Assembly: GCA_965202625.1 (NCBI GenBank)
Contig: CBDBBI010000010.1
Location: 928,001-992,000 of the forward strand
DNA from: a bacterium
GTDB lineage: Bacteria; UBA8248
DNA: 64,000 nt
Reading direction: 5' to 3'
Numbering within the stretch: position 1 is the first letter of the stretch; every line of letters begins with the position of its first letter. The notes beneath the pieces were generated by a model that was not told the origin of the DNA, ran no database searches, and saw nothing but the letters and a program-made list of their open reading frames with translations. Positions 1 to 13,035 of this stretch are shown here, piece after piece. The position numbers and the translations under genes are program-made.

Positions 1-637
1 CCGTCTTCTCTCCGCTGTCTTCATCACCCGCATAACGGGCGAAACCCTTTTTGAGCGTGGCGATCATCTCCGTGTCCACGAAGCCAGGACAAATCGCATT
101 CACGGTAACGCCCTTGTCCGCCACCTCAAGGGCAACCGAGCGAACCAGACCGAGGACGCCGTGTTTCGCTGCGTGATAGGCGCATCGGTTCGCCCCTCCA
201 ATTTTTCCTGATACCGAACTGATCGCGATGAGACGGCCCCACCCGCGATCGCTCATCCCCCCAATCGACGCGCGAAAAGCGTAAAAAACGCCGTCCAGAT
301 TCACCCGCATGGCCTCATCCCAAAGGGCGTTCGTAGTCTCATGAAGCGGTGCATGGAGGAGGACGCCCGCGTTGGCGACCAGAATATCGACCCCTTCCAA
401 ATCCTGGCTCACACGACGAAGTGCGTCTTCCACGCTCTGCGAATTCCCCACGTCGCAGGCTATCGCAAGGGATCGCCTCCCCTTGCCCCTCACTTCATCC
501 GCTACCGATTCAATTTCAGAGCGCGTTCTCGCGGCCACGGCCACATCCGCCCCCTCATCAGCAAACTTAAGGGCGATGGCCCGGCCAATGCCGCGCCCGC
601 CACCAGTGACGAACGCTTTTTTTCCATCAAACCGCAT
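1..637 (-). CDS. SDR family oxidoreductase, 3' end outside the window
   Basis: Not in the ORF track. Manual translation from ATG 637 gives MRFDGKKAFVTGGGRGIGRA (TGxxxGIG), later YHAAKH (YxxxK) and GVTVNAICPGFVDTEM. Runs off the left edge. Confidence 0.9.
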   Translation of the reverse strand, partial: MRFDGKKAFVTGGGRGIGRAIALKFADEGADVAVAARTRSEIESVADEVRGKGRRSLAIACDVGNSQSVEDALRRVSQDLEGVDILVANAGVLLHAPLHETTNALWDEAMRVNLDGVFYAFRASIGGMSDRGWGRLIAISSVSGKIGGANRCAYHAAKHGVLGLVRSVALEVADKGVTVNAICPGFVDTEMIATLKKGFARYAGDEDSGEKT

Positions 638-1724
638 GTATATCTTCCCCACCCCCCGTCGCTCGGGGGCGCGATGCAAGCGCATCAAAAAACATCTCCA
701 CCTGCTGAATGACGGCGTCCATGTCGCTCATATGATTCACTTTCTCCCGCATTGAAGAACCCCCGCGAAGCCCTTTCGTGTATGCCGGCAGATGCTTTCG
801 GGAATGGAGCACGGCGCGCCGCTCGCCCAGCACGGCCCGCAGATGCTTGAAGTGACGCAACACCATTTTCTTCCTGTCCATCAAGTCTGGCGGCCCGGGC
901 AATTCTCCCGTTTTGAGCCAATGCAAGAGTCGCGAGAAAATCCACGGATTCCCAATGGCGCCCCGTCCTATCATCAGAGCGTCCACGCCCGTGTGACGAA
1001 TCATTGAAATCGCGTCTTGAGGACTCAGAATGCTGCCATTCCCCACCACGGGAACCCGCACCGCGCGCTTCACCCGCGCGATGGCCTCTAAATCCACCGC
1101 GCCGCTGAACATGGCTTGCCGGGTTCTGCCGTGAACGGTGATGGCTCGGGCGCCGGCGTCCTCAACCGTTTTGGCGAAAACCTCTGCTGAATCCTTCTCA
1201 ATGGTATCCCAGCCGGTACGCATCTTCACCGTCACGGGTATGCGCACCGCGTCAACCATGGCCGAGACGATTTTATGCACCCGCTCGGGGCACCGCAAAA
1301 GAGAAGAACCCGCCATGTTCTTCGTTATCTTCTTGACCGGGCACCCACAGTTGAGATCCACAATGTCGGCGCCCGCCTCCTCTACCATAGCCGCCGCCTC
1401 ACCCATTTGAATGGGATCAGAGCCGAACAATTGTATGGAAACCGGTTTTTCGACGGCCTCGCTTCGCATCAGGTCATATGTCTTTTTGTGGCGTCGGAGC
1501 AAGGCCTGGCTGCTCACCATCTCGGTGGCCACCAACGCCGCGCCATGGGCCTTCGCCAACGAGCGAAAGGGCAGATTCGTATACCCCGCCATGGGCGCCA
1601 TCAAGAGCCTGTTCTTGATGATGACCCCGCCTATGTGGAAGGGACGATCAAAACCCCTGGGCGGAGGGGAAACCATGCGTAGAGGCGTCTCATTGGCATT
1701 GGGGCCTGCTTCCTCTGGGCGCAT
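627..1724 (-). CDS. dusB: tRNA-dihydrouridine synthase DusB
   Basis: LMAPMAGYT, IQLFGSDP, DLNCGCPVKKI, VTVKMRTGW, ITVHGRT, MIGRGAIGNPWIF motifs. Start uncertain (1676-1790). Confidence 0.9.
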   Translation of the reverse strand: MRPEEAGPNANETPLRMVSPPPRGFDRPFHIGGVIIKNRLLMAPMAGYTNLPFRSLAKAHGAALVATEMVSSQALLRRHKKTYDLMRSEAVEKPVSIQLFGSDPIQMGEAAAMVEEAGADIVDLNCGCPVKKITKNMAGSSLLRCPERVHKIVSAMVDAVRIPVTVKMRTGWDTIEKDSAEVFAKTVEDAGARAITVHGRTRQAMFSGAVDLEAIARVKRAVRVPVVGNGSILSPQDAISMIRHTGVDALMIGRGAIGNPWIFSRLLHWLKTGELPGPPDLMDRKKMVLRHFKHLRAVLGERRAVLHSRKHLPAYTKGLRGGSSMREKVNHMSDMDAVIQQVEMFFDALASRPRATGGGEDIHAV

Positions 1725-1749
1725 CAGATTGGGACCTGAAAAACACCGT

Positions 1750-2880
1750 TCATTTCGCGCTCTCTTCCAATTCCCAAGATGGATTCGCATCCATATCCAT
1801 AAAATCCATAAAATGCGCGCGACCGCGCTCCTTCAACCGAAAGGCGCCAGCGCAAGCGATCATCGCGGCGTTATCGGTGCAGAACTCGCGCGCCGGAAAA
1901 TGGAGGGACCAACCTTCTTTCTCCGCCCTTGCGCTCAACTGCGTGCGCAAATACGAATTCGCGGCCACGCCCCCACTCAGGGAGACAGCGGATAACCTCT
2001 CCTTTTGGAGCACCACACTCACCTTCTCCACCAAAACCGCCACCGCCGCTTCTTGAAAACCTGCGGCCACTGCGCACGCCACCTCCCGGGGAACCTTCTG
2101 AGGGCGCGCCCAGGGCGGGAGGTTTCGATCGCTTAAATATAATCCTCTTTCCTTTTGATGGTTTAACACGGCCGTTTTCAATCCACTGAAGCTGAAGGAA
2201 TAAGGTCTGTCCTGGAGAAATGGTCTAGGAAATTCCACGGGGCTCACATTCTGCTCATCCCCCTTCAAAAACTTCGAATGCAATCGATCAACGATGGGGC
2301 CGCCCGGATAGCCCAGCCCCATGATAGCCCCCACCTTGTCATACGCCTCGCCCAAAGCGTCATCCAGCGTCCCTCCCAGATGCGTCACCTCGGCATGCCC
2401 ATCCACACGGTAGAAATCCGTATGTCCACCCGAAACCACAAACCCCAGGTGGGGAAACGAAGGTAGAGCGTCGTTCTCATCCTCTGAGGGCAGGTAAAGC
2501 GAGTGAATGTGCCCGTCGAGATGATGAACGCCGACGAGCGGAACTCCCAGGCTCCAAGCCAACCCTTTCGCGGCGGACAGACCCACGAGCAGAGCCACCA
2601 CCAAGCCGGGCCCGCGCGTCACCGCTATGGCTTCAACCTCCTCCATGGAAATCGACGCTTCCACAAAAGCCGTTTCCAGCACAGGCGTGATCATCTCCAC
2701 GTGTCGGCGCGCCGCCAGTTCAGGAACCACGCCGCCAAATCGCGCATGAACGTCATCCTGCGAGGCCACCACGTTGGACAAAACCCTGGGGGCAGAACCA
2801 TCTGAAAGATCGAGAACGGACGCCGCCGTCTCATCGCAACTCGTCTCAACGCCTAAAACATACACCGTTGTCCTCTCCAC
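1750..2880 (-). CDS. tsaD: tRNA N6-adenosine threonylcarbamoyltransferase TsaD
   Basis: LGVETSCDETA, GGVVPELAARRH, GPGL, HHLDGH, VSGGHT, TLDDALGEAYDKV, FSFSGLKT, CTDNAAMIA. Confidence 0.95.
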   Translation of the reverse strand: MERTTVYVLGVETSCDETAASVLDLSDGSAPRVLSNVVASQDDVHARFGGVVPELAARRHVEMITPVLETAFVEASISMEEVEAIAVTRGPGLVVALLVGLSAAKGLAWSLGVPLVGVHHLDGHIHSLYLPSEDENDALPSFPHLGFVVSGGHTDFYRVDGHAEVTHLGGTLDDALGEAYDKVGAIMGLGYPGGPIVDRLHSKFLKGDEQNVSPVEFPRPFLQDRPYSFSFSGLKTAVLNHQKERGLYLSDRNLPPWARPQKVPREVACAVAAGFQEAAVAVLVEKVSVVLQKERLSAVSLSGGVAANSYLRTQLSARAEKEGWSLHFPAREFCTDNAAMIACAGAFRLKERGRAHFMDFMDMDANPSWELEESAK

Positions 2881-3710
2881 ATCTTTGCGGCGGTCTCAAC
2901 CCCTTGACTCCATGGGGAGCATCGCCCCTTCGCGCCCGCCCAACACCCATTCGCGTGCGGGCAAATCCGCGAACATGAACACATCATCAACGAAAATCGC
3001 CGCGTGGAAAAGGCGGCGCACGCGGAATTTTTCATCTGCTACGCTTGCCCCCTAGAACGGGAACACGGGGAGCGTGAGACGTTCGCCCAGTGAAAGTTTG
3101 TCCGCGGCGAGCTGGGGGCATGGACAGAGGACGATCTCGGTAGATGTAGGCAGCGTCTATAGCTTGTGAGATTTCGGGGAGAGACGCTTCTCGCAAGCTT
3201 TCCTCGTTGCCGGAGCGATGAGACGCAAGAACCAAGCAACAATCCTCTCGGCGACGAAGATGAGCTACACAATGCTCTTAGCCCACCAAGGAGCAGCGGG
3301 AGAAGGGTGAGAGCCTTGAGAGCTCCTTATTTTTCAGCGAGTTCGGCAAAGACAGGTGCGTGAAAATGCGCTCCCCCGCTAGATCGCATGGGTTTAGCAC
3401 GTCCTTCCAACCCTTTTTCTCCGACTAGTCTCACGACTTGAGTAAAATCTGCGGCATCATATATCCTTCTTGCGTATTCTTCCAGCCACCTTGGGGTGTG
3501 ATTTTCACCAGTTCTTCGGAAACCTATTCAGCCATATCGCCGTAAAGCGTTGGAGACAAATGGGCGCACGATGCTTTACTTCCTCAAGGCGATGAGGGCA
3601 ACTACTGAAAACCGGGCGCGTCCAAGCGTCGCTGTGAGGAAGCGCGGGCCGAAATTGCGCGTGAGAGAAACGCTGGATTCAAAAACGTTCTGCCTGTTCC
3701 TCGCGTGGCT

Positions 3711-5027
3711 TTAAGCACCCATCTCTTTTTTGAAAAACGAATTTTTTAGATACTTCACGGCGCGTTCCAGTTGGGTGTCTTCCTTCCGCCCGTCAGGAGT
3801 TCGCGACGGACGGGCGCGAACGTCCGGGAAAACATCTTCTCTCTCCCCTTGTCTCTCAGAATTGCTGGGCAGATGACCGGGCAAATACTTCTCTCGCAGA
3901 GTGTGCGCGCCGCCGGAGGGGTTTCCCTCCATCTCGCTGACAATATCGGGATCAATTCCCTCACCTTGAATGCGTTTTCCTTTCGGCGTGTAATACAAAG
4001 CGGTCGTCAATCTCAGGCCAGAACCATCCGAGAGGGAAACGACCGTTTGCACCGAACCTTTTCCAAACGTCTTCACTCCGATGATTTTCGCTCTACTCAG
4101 ATCCTGAAACGCGCCCGCAACAATTTCTGAGGCGCTGGCGCTTCCCGCGTTCACGAGAATCGCCATGGGAATTTTGCCGCCCTGCGTCTTGATAGTGGAA
4201 GTAAAACGATGCGCTTGATTCGGCATACGGCCCTCGGTATAGACGATCAGATTTCCCGCTTCCAAGAATATGTCAGACACCGAAACCGCCTGGGAAAGGA
4301 GGCCCCCCGGATTGTTCCTCAAATCCAGCACCAAGGCTTTAACCCCCTTCTCCTGAAGCGAAAACAAAGCGTCTTTCACCTCCTTGTCCGTGGAACTCTG
4401 GAAACTGCGAATCCGTATATATCCGATTTGATCGGGCAACATCCGACTTCTCACACTCTTGATGCGAATGATCTGACGAGTAATCGTGAAGTTGAGCGGT
4501 TTACTCTCGCCTTTTCGCACCACCGTGATCTTCACTTTCGTGCCAGGCTGCCCCCGAAGCCGTTTGACAACCTCCTGGAGCACCATATCTTTTGTCGATT
4601 TTTTCTCGATGCGGATGATTTGATCACCCGCCTGGACGCCAACCTTATAGGCTGGAGTGTCCTCAATGGGCGTCACCACGGTGAGAACGCCATTACGAAT
4701 CGAAATCTCCACACCCAAGCCGCCGAAACGGCCCGAGGTTTCCAACTGCATTTCCTTAAAATACTCGGGGCTCAGATAGCTCGTGTGAGGGTCCAGCGTA
4801 CGCAGCATTCCCCGGATGGCACCCCGAATCAATTTCTTGGCGTCTATCTTGTTGACATAATTCTCCTCGACCAAGCTCAAGACCTCGCTGAAAGCTCTCA
4901 GCTCCGAATACGCGCTCGTCTCACTTGATGCGAGATTCACACCGGGGCCCATGACCAGCCCCACAACGAGCAAAGCCAAAATGCTCGCCCCAACCAACCA
5001 CCCAGAGAAACGATGTTTTCTCAACAT
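3711..5027 (-). CDS. ctpA: S41 carboxyl-terminal processing protease with PDZ domain
   Basis: N-terminal TM, LDPHTSY, FGGLGVEI (PDZ), DLRNNPGGLL, SASASEIVAGA, TFGKGSVQ. Confidence 0.93.
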   Translation of the reverse strand: MLRKHRFSGWLVGASILALLVVGLVMGPGVNLASSETSAYSELRAFSEVLSLVEENYVNKIDAKKLIRGAIRGMLRTLDPHTSYLSPEYFKEMQLETSGRFGGLGVEISIRNGVLTVVTPIEDTPAYKVGVQAGDQIIRIEKKSTKDMVLQEVVKRLRGQPGTKVKITVVRKGESKPLNFTITRQIIRIKSVRSRMLPDQIGYIRIRSFQSSTDKEVKDALFSLQEKGVKALVLDLRNNPGGLLSQAVSVSDIFLEAGNLIVYTEGRMPNQAHRFTSTIKTQGGKIPMAILVNAGSASASEIVAGAFQDLSRAKIIGVKTFGKGSVQTVVSLSDGSGLRLTTALYYTPKGKRIQGEGIDPDIVSEMEGNPSGGAHTLREKYLPGHLPSNSERQGEREDVFPDVRARPSRTPDGRKEDTQLERAVKYLKNSFFKKEMGA

Positions 5028-5167
5028 CTCTCACTCCTCGACAAACGACGCAAAAAAGCAATTTTACTTCACTCTTTCAAAGAAAACCACACCAGCCGGC
5101 CGACTCATGTCGCCTTAAACGTTATGTGAGGGAGGGAATTCAGGTGATGGAGGGAACGTTTTTGAAA

Positions 5168-7210
5168 TCACGAACCAACGATGTTTTTCGTTTGCTCCAC
5201 GATATTCTTGGACGTGAGATGAAAATGCTCATATATCTCTTGATAAGGGGCGCTGGTGCCAAAATGGTCCAGCCCAATAACGATCCCGTGCTCTCCCACC
5301 CACTCACGCCAGCCCATCGTGGCGCCCGCCTCAATCGCCACTTTCGCCTTCACTTCCGACGGAAGGATGGCATTCCGATAGGAACAGGGCTGGGCCTGAA
5401 AAAGCTCCCAACTCGGCATACTCACAACCCGAGCGTCGACGCCGTCCCTCAGCAATTCGTTTTTCGCTTCTATCGCGAGATGGACTTCTGATCCAGTAGC
5501 TATCAATATAGCGTGAGGGACGTTTCCTCTCTCAGGCAAGACGACATAGGCACCTCGGGCCAGCGCGTCCGCCTCATTTCCTTCGTAACGCTCCAAGATG
5601 GGCAAACTCTGTCGGGTCAATACGAGCATGGTCGGACCGTCGAGGCGTTCAATCGCCACTCGCCAAGCCGCTGCGGTTTCATTTGCATCACATGGCCGTA
5701 TGATGGTGAGGCCTGGCATAGCGCGCAGCGAGGCGAGGTGCTCGATGGGCTGGTGTGTAGGGCCATCCTCGCCCAAGCCAACCGAGTCATGCGTCATCAC
5801 ATAGATGACGGGCAACTCCATCAGCGCTGCGAGACGTATGGCTGGGCGGGCGTAATCGGTGAACGTGAAGAAAGTGGCCGCATAAGGGCGAACACTCCCA
5901 TGTAAGGCCATTCCCGAGCAGGCGGCGCCCATGGCGTGTTCTCTAACACCCCAATAAACGTTGCGGCTGGCGTAATCTCCTTTCGCGAAATTTCCCGACT
6001 CTTTGATCAGCGAGTTGTTAGAAGCCGCCAAATCAGCGCTCCCGCCCATCAGCCAGGGAACGATGGACGCGATTTCATTCAACACCTTGCCAGACGCCGC
6101 GCGCGTGGCAAGCGCTCCGTCGTCAGCGTCAAATCGGGGTATGCAGCGCTTCCAACCGACTGGCGGCTTGTCTTGAAGCGCTGCCTCGAACTTCGCGGCC
6201 CACTCGGGATGCTCTGACTGATATCTGACAAACCGTCGATTCCAATCCTCCTCAAGCGCAGCACCGCGGGAAATCGCCTCTCCCATATGAGCAGACACTT
6301 CATCCGGCACCAGAAACGCTTCGCCCTCAGGCCAGCCGTAATTTCTTTTCGTGGACTTGATTTCCTCATCCCCCAAAGGGGCGCCATGAGCGCGCGCCGT
6401 ATCCTGATAGCGAGGCGATCCATATCCGATGTGCGAACGCACAATAAGTAAAGAGGGGCGCTCGACCTCCGCCTTCGCTCTATCAAACGCACCAGCGATC
6501 TGTGACAACTCCTCAGCACTGTCCCCCAGATTCTGCACATGCCAGTCGTAGCTCTCAAAACGCTTCACTACGTCATCGGAGCAGCTCAAAGATGTTTCCC
6601 CGTCTATGGTGATGCGGTTGTCGTCGTATACACATATCAATTTGCCTAAACCCAGATGCCCCGCCAGAGACGCCGCCTCATGAGATGCGCCCTCCATCAT
6701 ATCTCCATCGCTCAAGAACACGTAAGTGCGATGGTCGACGATCTTGTGGCCTCTCCTATTAAAAATGCTCGCCAAATGCGATTCCGCCATAGCCATGCCC
6801 ACCGCATTCATGAACCCCTGGCCAAGAGGCCCAGTGGTAGTCTCCACGCCCGGCGTACGCCCATATTCTGGATGCCCCGGCGTCTGGCTTCCCCATTGGC
6901 GAAAACGCCTGATCTCATCAAGCGAAAGTTCATAGCCGGTCAAATGAAGCACCGCGTAAAGAAGCATCGACGCGTGCCCACACGAGAGCACGAAGCGGTC
7001 GCGGTCAAACCAGTCGGGATTTTGAGGGTTATAACGAAGATGATTCATCCATAGTTCATAGGCCAGTGGCGCCAGGGCCATGGGAGTCCCCGGGTGGCCG
7101 CTGTTCGCCTTTTGCACCGCATCCATTGAGAGCGTACGTATGGTGTGAATGGACAATTCGGTCGCGCCCATGCGGGAGAGGGACTCTTTCTCTTTTGAGG
7201 GTGGCGTCAT
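5168..7210 (-). CDS. tkt: transketolase
   Basis: [55 protein letters not shown]. Start estimated. Confidence 0.96.
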   Translation of the reverse strand: MTPPSKEKESLSRMGATELSIHTIRTLSMDAVQKANSGHPGTPMALAPLAYELWMNHLRYNPQNPDWFDRDRFVLSCGHASMLLYAVLHLTGYELSLDEIRRFRQWGSQTPGHPEYGRTPGVETTTGPLGQGFMNAVGMAMAESHLASIFNRRGHKIVDHRTYVFLSDGDMMEGASHEAASLAGHLGLGKLICVYDDNRITIDGETSLSCSDDVVKRFESYDWHVQNLGDSAEELSQIAGAFDRAKAEVERPSLLIVRSHIGYGSPRYQDTARAHGAPLGDEEIKSTKRNYGWPEGEAFLVPDEVSAHMGEAISRGAALEEDWNRRFVRYQSEHPEWAAKFEAALQDKPPVGWKRCIPRFDADDGALATRAASGKVLNEIASIVPWLMGGSADLAASNNSLIKESGNFAKGDYASRNVYWGVREHAMGAACSGMALHGSVRPYAATFFTFTDYARPAIRLAALMELPVIYVMTHDSVGLGEDGPTHQPIEHLASLRAMPGLTIIRPCDANETAAAWRVAIERLDGPTMLVLTRQSLPILERYEGNEADALARGAYVVLPERGNVPHAILIATGSEVHLAIEAKNELLRDGVDARVVSMPSWELFQAQPCSYRNAILPSEVKAKVAIEAGATMGWREWVGEHGIVIGLDHFGTSAPYQEIYEHFHLTSKNIVEQTKNIVGS

Positions 7211-7322
7211 GCTGGATATATCTGTATACGGAAAGGACGCATGAAAAAGCCGGACCCCACGAATCGTCCAGTCATCACACACCAAGATTTCGAAAGACCT
7301 GTTGCGCATGCCGCATAATGGG

Positions 7323-8399
7323 TTATCCGTTCACTTTGCACCGCTGCAGAGTTTCGAGCCAACTTTCCAGAATTTCCACGACTTGCTGGTCCGCAAGACT
7401 GAGAAACGAAACTGATTCGTCTTTATCGTTTTCCACAAACTCGCGCAAGAGCGGCGTGGCGGATTCTACCATTTTCCCCTCAAGCGCCAAGATTCGCTCA
7501 AATACCCAGGAGGCGCGCCGCCCCAGAGAGAGCACCTTTTGGCACACGTCCAGCGCCTGAGCGTCATTCCCTTCCTCAATGTAGAGATCGATCATCTTCA
7601 TAAGGATGGAATCGGCGTCTTCGCGTTCAACAACGTCCTCCTCGTCGCCTTCATCCACTTCCGTATCCTCGGGCACGATAGCATCCGCTTTTATCTCAGC
7701 GGTCCCGTCTTCGACGCTTTTTATCCCTCCGGCCAGCAAATCAAGGTTCGCTACGATCTCCGGATACACCGTAGGCTCGCCTGCATCCACGCCCTGCACC
7801 ATCTGCTCTTGTATAGCGGCTAATCTCGCCGTCCACTCCACATTCGCAGGCTCAGCCTTCAAAAGCCGCATATAGATGTCTCGCGCCTCACCAAGGTGGC
7901 CCTGGGCTTCATACAGTTCAGCAAGAGATGGTGTGAGCACGGCGTCCACGCCATATTCAGACCCACTAGCGAAAGGAAGGATACCCGCATCGGAATCGGC
8001 CACCGCGCCTGGGGCAGCCGCTTCATCGAACCCAAACATATCGGCCACGCGCAATGCCCTTTGAGCGGCCGCCTCATCGCCTTTCCTCTGATGGCACAAG
8101 GCGAACAAGCGCTGCCCTAAAATGTTCCACGGAGCGATTTCTAGAGCTTTTTCAATGAAACGGAGCGCTTCCTGATCCTCGCCCTTCGAGAGCAATATCT
8201 CTCCGAGCAGCACACCTGCGGCTGCGTAGTGAGGATGAATAGCGAGCCCATTTCTCAAAAGGGCTTCCGCACAGCCTACCTCATCCCTCTCCCATAAAAG
8301 GGACGCCAAAGGAAAGAAGGCGGCCGAGGAAGGGGATTGTTCCAAACGCTTTTCCAAAGCTTTAATTCGGGCGTCTGGATTACGCAACCGAACTACCAT
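7323..8399 (-). CDS. tetratricopeptide repeat protein
   Basis: TPR-like helices ([10 protein letters not shown]...[15 protein letters not shown]; [21 protein letters not shown]) separated by acidic linkers. Start uncertain. Confidence 0.7.
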   Translation of the reverse strand: MVVRLRNPDARIKALEKRLEQSPSSAAFFPLASLLWERDEVGCAEALLRNGLAIHPHYAAAGVLLGEILLSKGEDQEALRFIEKALEIAPWNILGQRLFALCHQRKGDEAAAQRALRVADMFGFDEAAAPGAVADSDAGILPFASGSEYGVDAVLTPSLAELYEAQGHLGEARDIYMRLLKAEPANVEWTARLAAIQEQMVQGVDAGEPTVYPEIVANLDLLAGGIKSVEDGTAEIKADAIVPEDTEVDEGDEEDVVEREDADSILMKMIDLYIEEGNDAQALDVCQKVLSLGRRASWVFERILALEGKMVESATPLLREFVENDKDESVSFLSLADQQVVEILESWLETLQRCKVNG

Positions 8400-8537
8400 A
8401 AGATTTTGATTCTCGGCGGGGGGAAGAGTGCACATACTCATCCCGACAAATCTTAGCAAAGAGGTTTCATTCTGACAAGGCCGCATTCCGTTATCGTCAT
8501 CGAAACACTCGTGTAAGCATTCGTTCCGAAGTAGTAC

Positions 8538-8987
8538 TTACCATGAAACATCAACAATGGCGATGGCGTTCACCTCAATGAGGCAACGTGGATCTGTCGC
8601 CAGTTGAACAACTTGTACGGTCGTGGTGGTTGGCTTGTTTTCTCCAAAATACTCCGTCCATACTTGGTTCAGAGCGTTCTGCTCCGAGAGGTCGGTCAAA
8701 AATCGATTCGCCGTAACAATATCTCCAAAATCCCCACCCACCGTTTCAAGACTTTTCTTTAAGTTCTCTAGCACCGTTCGGGCCTGCCCTTCCATATCGT
8801 GAGGCATTGCAGCGAATTCCTCTGGCCGATGGGGGTGATTGTGATAGACGGGCGCTGCGGTTACCCCAGATAGAAATACGAGACTGCCTCCCGTAACCTT
8901 GATAGCTGGAGCATAAGGCATCCACAGATCAGGGGCGTTCGGCCAATGGAGGTGTTCTATTTTTTTGCGCATTTTGATTTTCCCCAT
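8538..8987 (-). CDS. Rid (YjgF/YER057c/UK114) family protein
   Basis: PYAPAIK, VFLSGVT, QARTVLENL, LIEVNAIA. Confidence 0.85.
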   Translation of the reverse strand: MGKIKMRKKIEHLHWPNAPDLWMPYAPAIKVTGGSLVFLSGVTAAPVYHNHPHRPEEFAAMPHDMEGQARTVLENLKKSLETVGGDFGDIVTANRFLTDLSEQNALNQVWTEYFGENKPTTTTVQVVQLATDPRCLIEVNAIAIVDVSW

Positions 8988-9336
8988 ATTCAAAAATCCA
9001 CCTTTCAAATACTCTCATACTCTCACCCGGCCCACCAAAAGACCCTCGCCCTCCTTATCAGGAAAAACAGAGGAAGTATCTCTCCCTAAATTCCCCAAAC
9101 GTTGAAAGGCAAGGAAAATGCTGAGTCGAATTTTCATGCTTCTCGCACCATACCTTATCATCACCGCATACAGGGGTCTTTGCGGTTGGTCTCTTAATCT
9201 TCATTTTTCAAAAACACTCGCGCGTTTCATCATGGAGGAACAGAGAAGATACACCCTCTACACATGTTTACAGCCCGTGGAATCTATTCAATAATCCTCG
9301 GAATTTTTCTTCTTCTCCCTACCTAAAGGATATCGC

Positions 9337-10101
9337 GTGTTTACAAAACCACTAGCGAATAAGCGCGTCATCATCACAGGCGCATCAACGGGTATCGGAG
9401 CCGCTATCGCTCAAGAATACGCAAAGGCGGGTGCCCACATATGGGGTGCGGGTGGCAGCGACCCAACAGGACTACAAAGCGCGATGGATACATGTAGAAA
9501 TCTTGGGGTGCGCGCGGATGGGAAATGTTATGATTTGTCGGACGCAAAGCGCAGCGTTCCGCTGATTCATGATGGCGTCGACTTTCTAGGTGGGCTGGAT
9601 ATTCTGATCGTTTGCGCGGGCACGCGCGCTTTTAAGCCCATCGTCGAGATCACGGATGAGGAAATCGACCTTTTATTCGAAGTAAATGCAAAATCCGCCT
9701 ACATAGCATCTCGCGAAGCGTCAAAGGTGATGATTCCTCAAAAAAGCGGAGCAATCCTGATGATTGGCTCATCCGCCGGACACCGAGGCAGGGCTGACAC
9801 TAGCCTTTATTCAGCAACTAAATCCGTCCTTCACCATCTCACAAAGTGCTTGGCCCTGGAATTGGGGCCTCGGGGAATCCGCGTAAATTGCCTGGCGCCA
9901 GGCCTCATCGCAAGCCCGCGCGTAAAAGCGCGGCTCGATGAAAAGCCCGCGTATCTTCAATCCAGGCTGGAGGGCATACCGATCAAACAACTCGGCACAG
10001 TCGAGAATATGGCAGCCACCGCTCTATTCATGGTCTCCGCTCAAAATGAATTCATGAATGGCGCGATTGTGCTTTCAGACGGCGGGGTCACAGCAGGGTA
10101 G
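9337..10101 (+). CDS. SDR family oxidoreductase
   Basis: TGASTGIG, YSATK, GIRVNCLAPG, C-terminal DGG. Confidence 0.9.
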   Translation: MFTKPLANKRVIITGASTGIGAAIAQEYAKAGAHIWGAGGSDPTGLQSAMDTCRNLGVRADGKCYDLSDAKRSVPLIHDGVDFLGGLDILIVCAGTRAFKPIVEITDEEIDLLFEVNAKSAYIASREASKVMIPQKSGAILMIGSSAGHRGRADTSLYSATKSVLHHLTKCLALELGPRGIRVNCLAPGLIASPRVKARLDEKPAYLQSRLEGIPIKQLGTVENMAATALFMVSAQNEFMNGAIVLSDGGVTAG

Positions 10102-10117
10102 AAACGTGTGCGACGTG

Positions 10118-11452
10118 ATGCGACTTTTAAGAAAGAAATGTCTTTTCCTTCTCGCTGCGGCCTGCGCGTTTCTACAACATGGAAATATGGCTGAAGGCGA
10201 AGTGCCTCTTGTCACCCATCAAGCCTTCACCGCTTTGGTATCGAGCAGAACGAAATGGCTACTGACCGCGCCAGCCGAAAAAGGATTCGACGCGAAAAAC
10301 ACCACCCTCCTGGCCTTTACGATGGATGGCGACTTTCACCCCATCACTTTCAAAAAAGTGGATGAGACGCTTCGCGCGCATGTGCAAGACCATCCCACCC
10401 CTTCCGATTTATCCGCCAACGTCCCACCCACGCAACTGCCAGATGGAAGTTTCGTGGGCGCAGGGAAAAGCGGAATGTTCATCAACGTCGACCCCATCGA
10501 GCGACGTTGGCTATTCGTTTGGCCCAGCGTTCGCCCCTCTACCCTGTCGAAAGCCGCAGTGTTGGGACGAGGAGCCGTAGCGATGGTAGGCGTAGATGGC
10601 TCCATACTTTTGTTTCGGAAAATAGAGGACAAATGGCTTGAAACCCAACGCATTGAAGGGAGTGTGGCAAAAACATTGCCAGACGCCGTCCTCACGGCCG
10701 CTGACCTGGACGGGGATGACGAGAAAGAACTTATCGTGCCCGCCGCGCCATCGAAGCGTTATGGACACGCCGTCCTCGGAGACGGTGTTGAACCCACGGA
10801 AATTCACGCATATCGTTTCGACGGAAAATCCCTCGAACGCATGGGTACATACGCAGCAGGCGGAAATGGCGTTTTTGAGGCCATCGGCACCCTTGCCTCA
10901 GACCTGGATAAAGACGGGAAACAGGAAATTATCGTCACGAGAAGCGACTCCGTCGGTGGGGCCGCTCATCTCGTTTTGGAGATGAAGAACAACAACCTCA
11001 CACTGAAGGCTCGAGGCGCCGCGATCGGTCAGGCAAACCGCTGGTCGCATCTATTAGGCGCTTTCCACATCGATGGCGGCATACCGAAAGTCCTAGCCGT
11101 TGAAACGCCGCATCTGGCAGGTTTCTTGTTGGCGCTACGTCTCAGCGGAGGTCAGCTCCGAGAGCGCGCGCGCGCCGCTGGTTTCACGACCCATGCGCTT
11201 GGCTCTCGAAACCTTTGGGAATTTGCTTTGCTGAGGCGTCGCGGCGTCGTGGAGGTCGTCGTGCAACAAGTCGGCCGGAGGCATTTGAGCGCGCTCGCGC
11301 TTTTCGGGAACCGTTGGCGCGTCCGGTGGTCACGCCCGATACCCTCGGCCGTTCGCTCTAACATACTCGCCGCGGATTTCAACCACGACGCGAAAGATGA
11401 CATCGCGTTCGTGGATCAATCGGGTCGCGTGCACATTTATTTGTCTAACTAA
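10118..11452 (+). CDS. exported FG-GAP/VCBS repeat protein
   Basis: Signal-like N-terminus; DLDGDDEKE, DLDKDGKQE, DFNHDAKDD repeats; RYGHAVLGD motif. Confidence 0.7.
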   Translation: MRLLRKKCLFLLAAACAFLQHGNMAEGEVPLVTHQAFTALVSSRTKWLLTAPAEKGFDAKNTTLLAFTMDGDFHPITFKKVDETLRAHVQDHPTPSDLSANVPPTQLPDGSFVGAGKSGMFINVDPIERRWLFVWPSVRPSTLSKAAVLGRGAVAMVGVDGSILLFRKIEDKWLETQRIEGSVAKTLPDAVLTAADLDGDDEKELIVPAAPSKRYGHAVLGDGVEPTEIHAYRFDGKSLERMGTYAAGGNGVFEAIGTLASDLDKDGKQEIIVTRSDSVGGAAHLVLEMKNNNLTLKARGAAIGQANRWSHLLGAFHIDGGIPKVLAVETPHLAGFLLALRLSGGQLRERARAAGFTTHALGSRNLWEFALLRRRGVVEVVVQQVGRRHLSALALFGNRWRVRWSRPIPSAVRSNILAADFNHDAKDDIAFVDQSGRVHIYLSN

Positions 11453-11551
11453 CTCCCCATCGGCAAAATTGAGGGATGAGGCGCGATTCAGCTGAGCCCA
11501 TATCCGCTGCCCCCTTAAAAACGAACGCTTGGTAGAACGGTGCGATCCACT

Positions 11552-12874
<1,323 letters not shown>

Positions 12875-13035
12875 CTACAACCCTACTCACCAAAGCGGCA
12901 TAGGGTAGCCCATCTCTGACATAGCGTAAAAGGCGGGGGAGGATTTTTCAGTTCCATTCAATTCGACCTTTGAGATGCCGGATGCTATCGCAACATGAGC
13001 CCCGCCCGTCTGCAAAAATTAGGGGAGATACGTGA

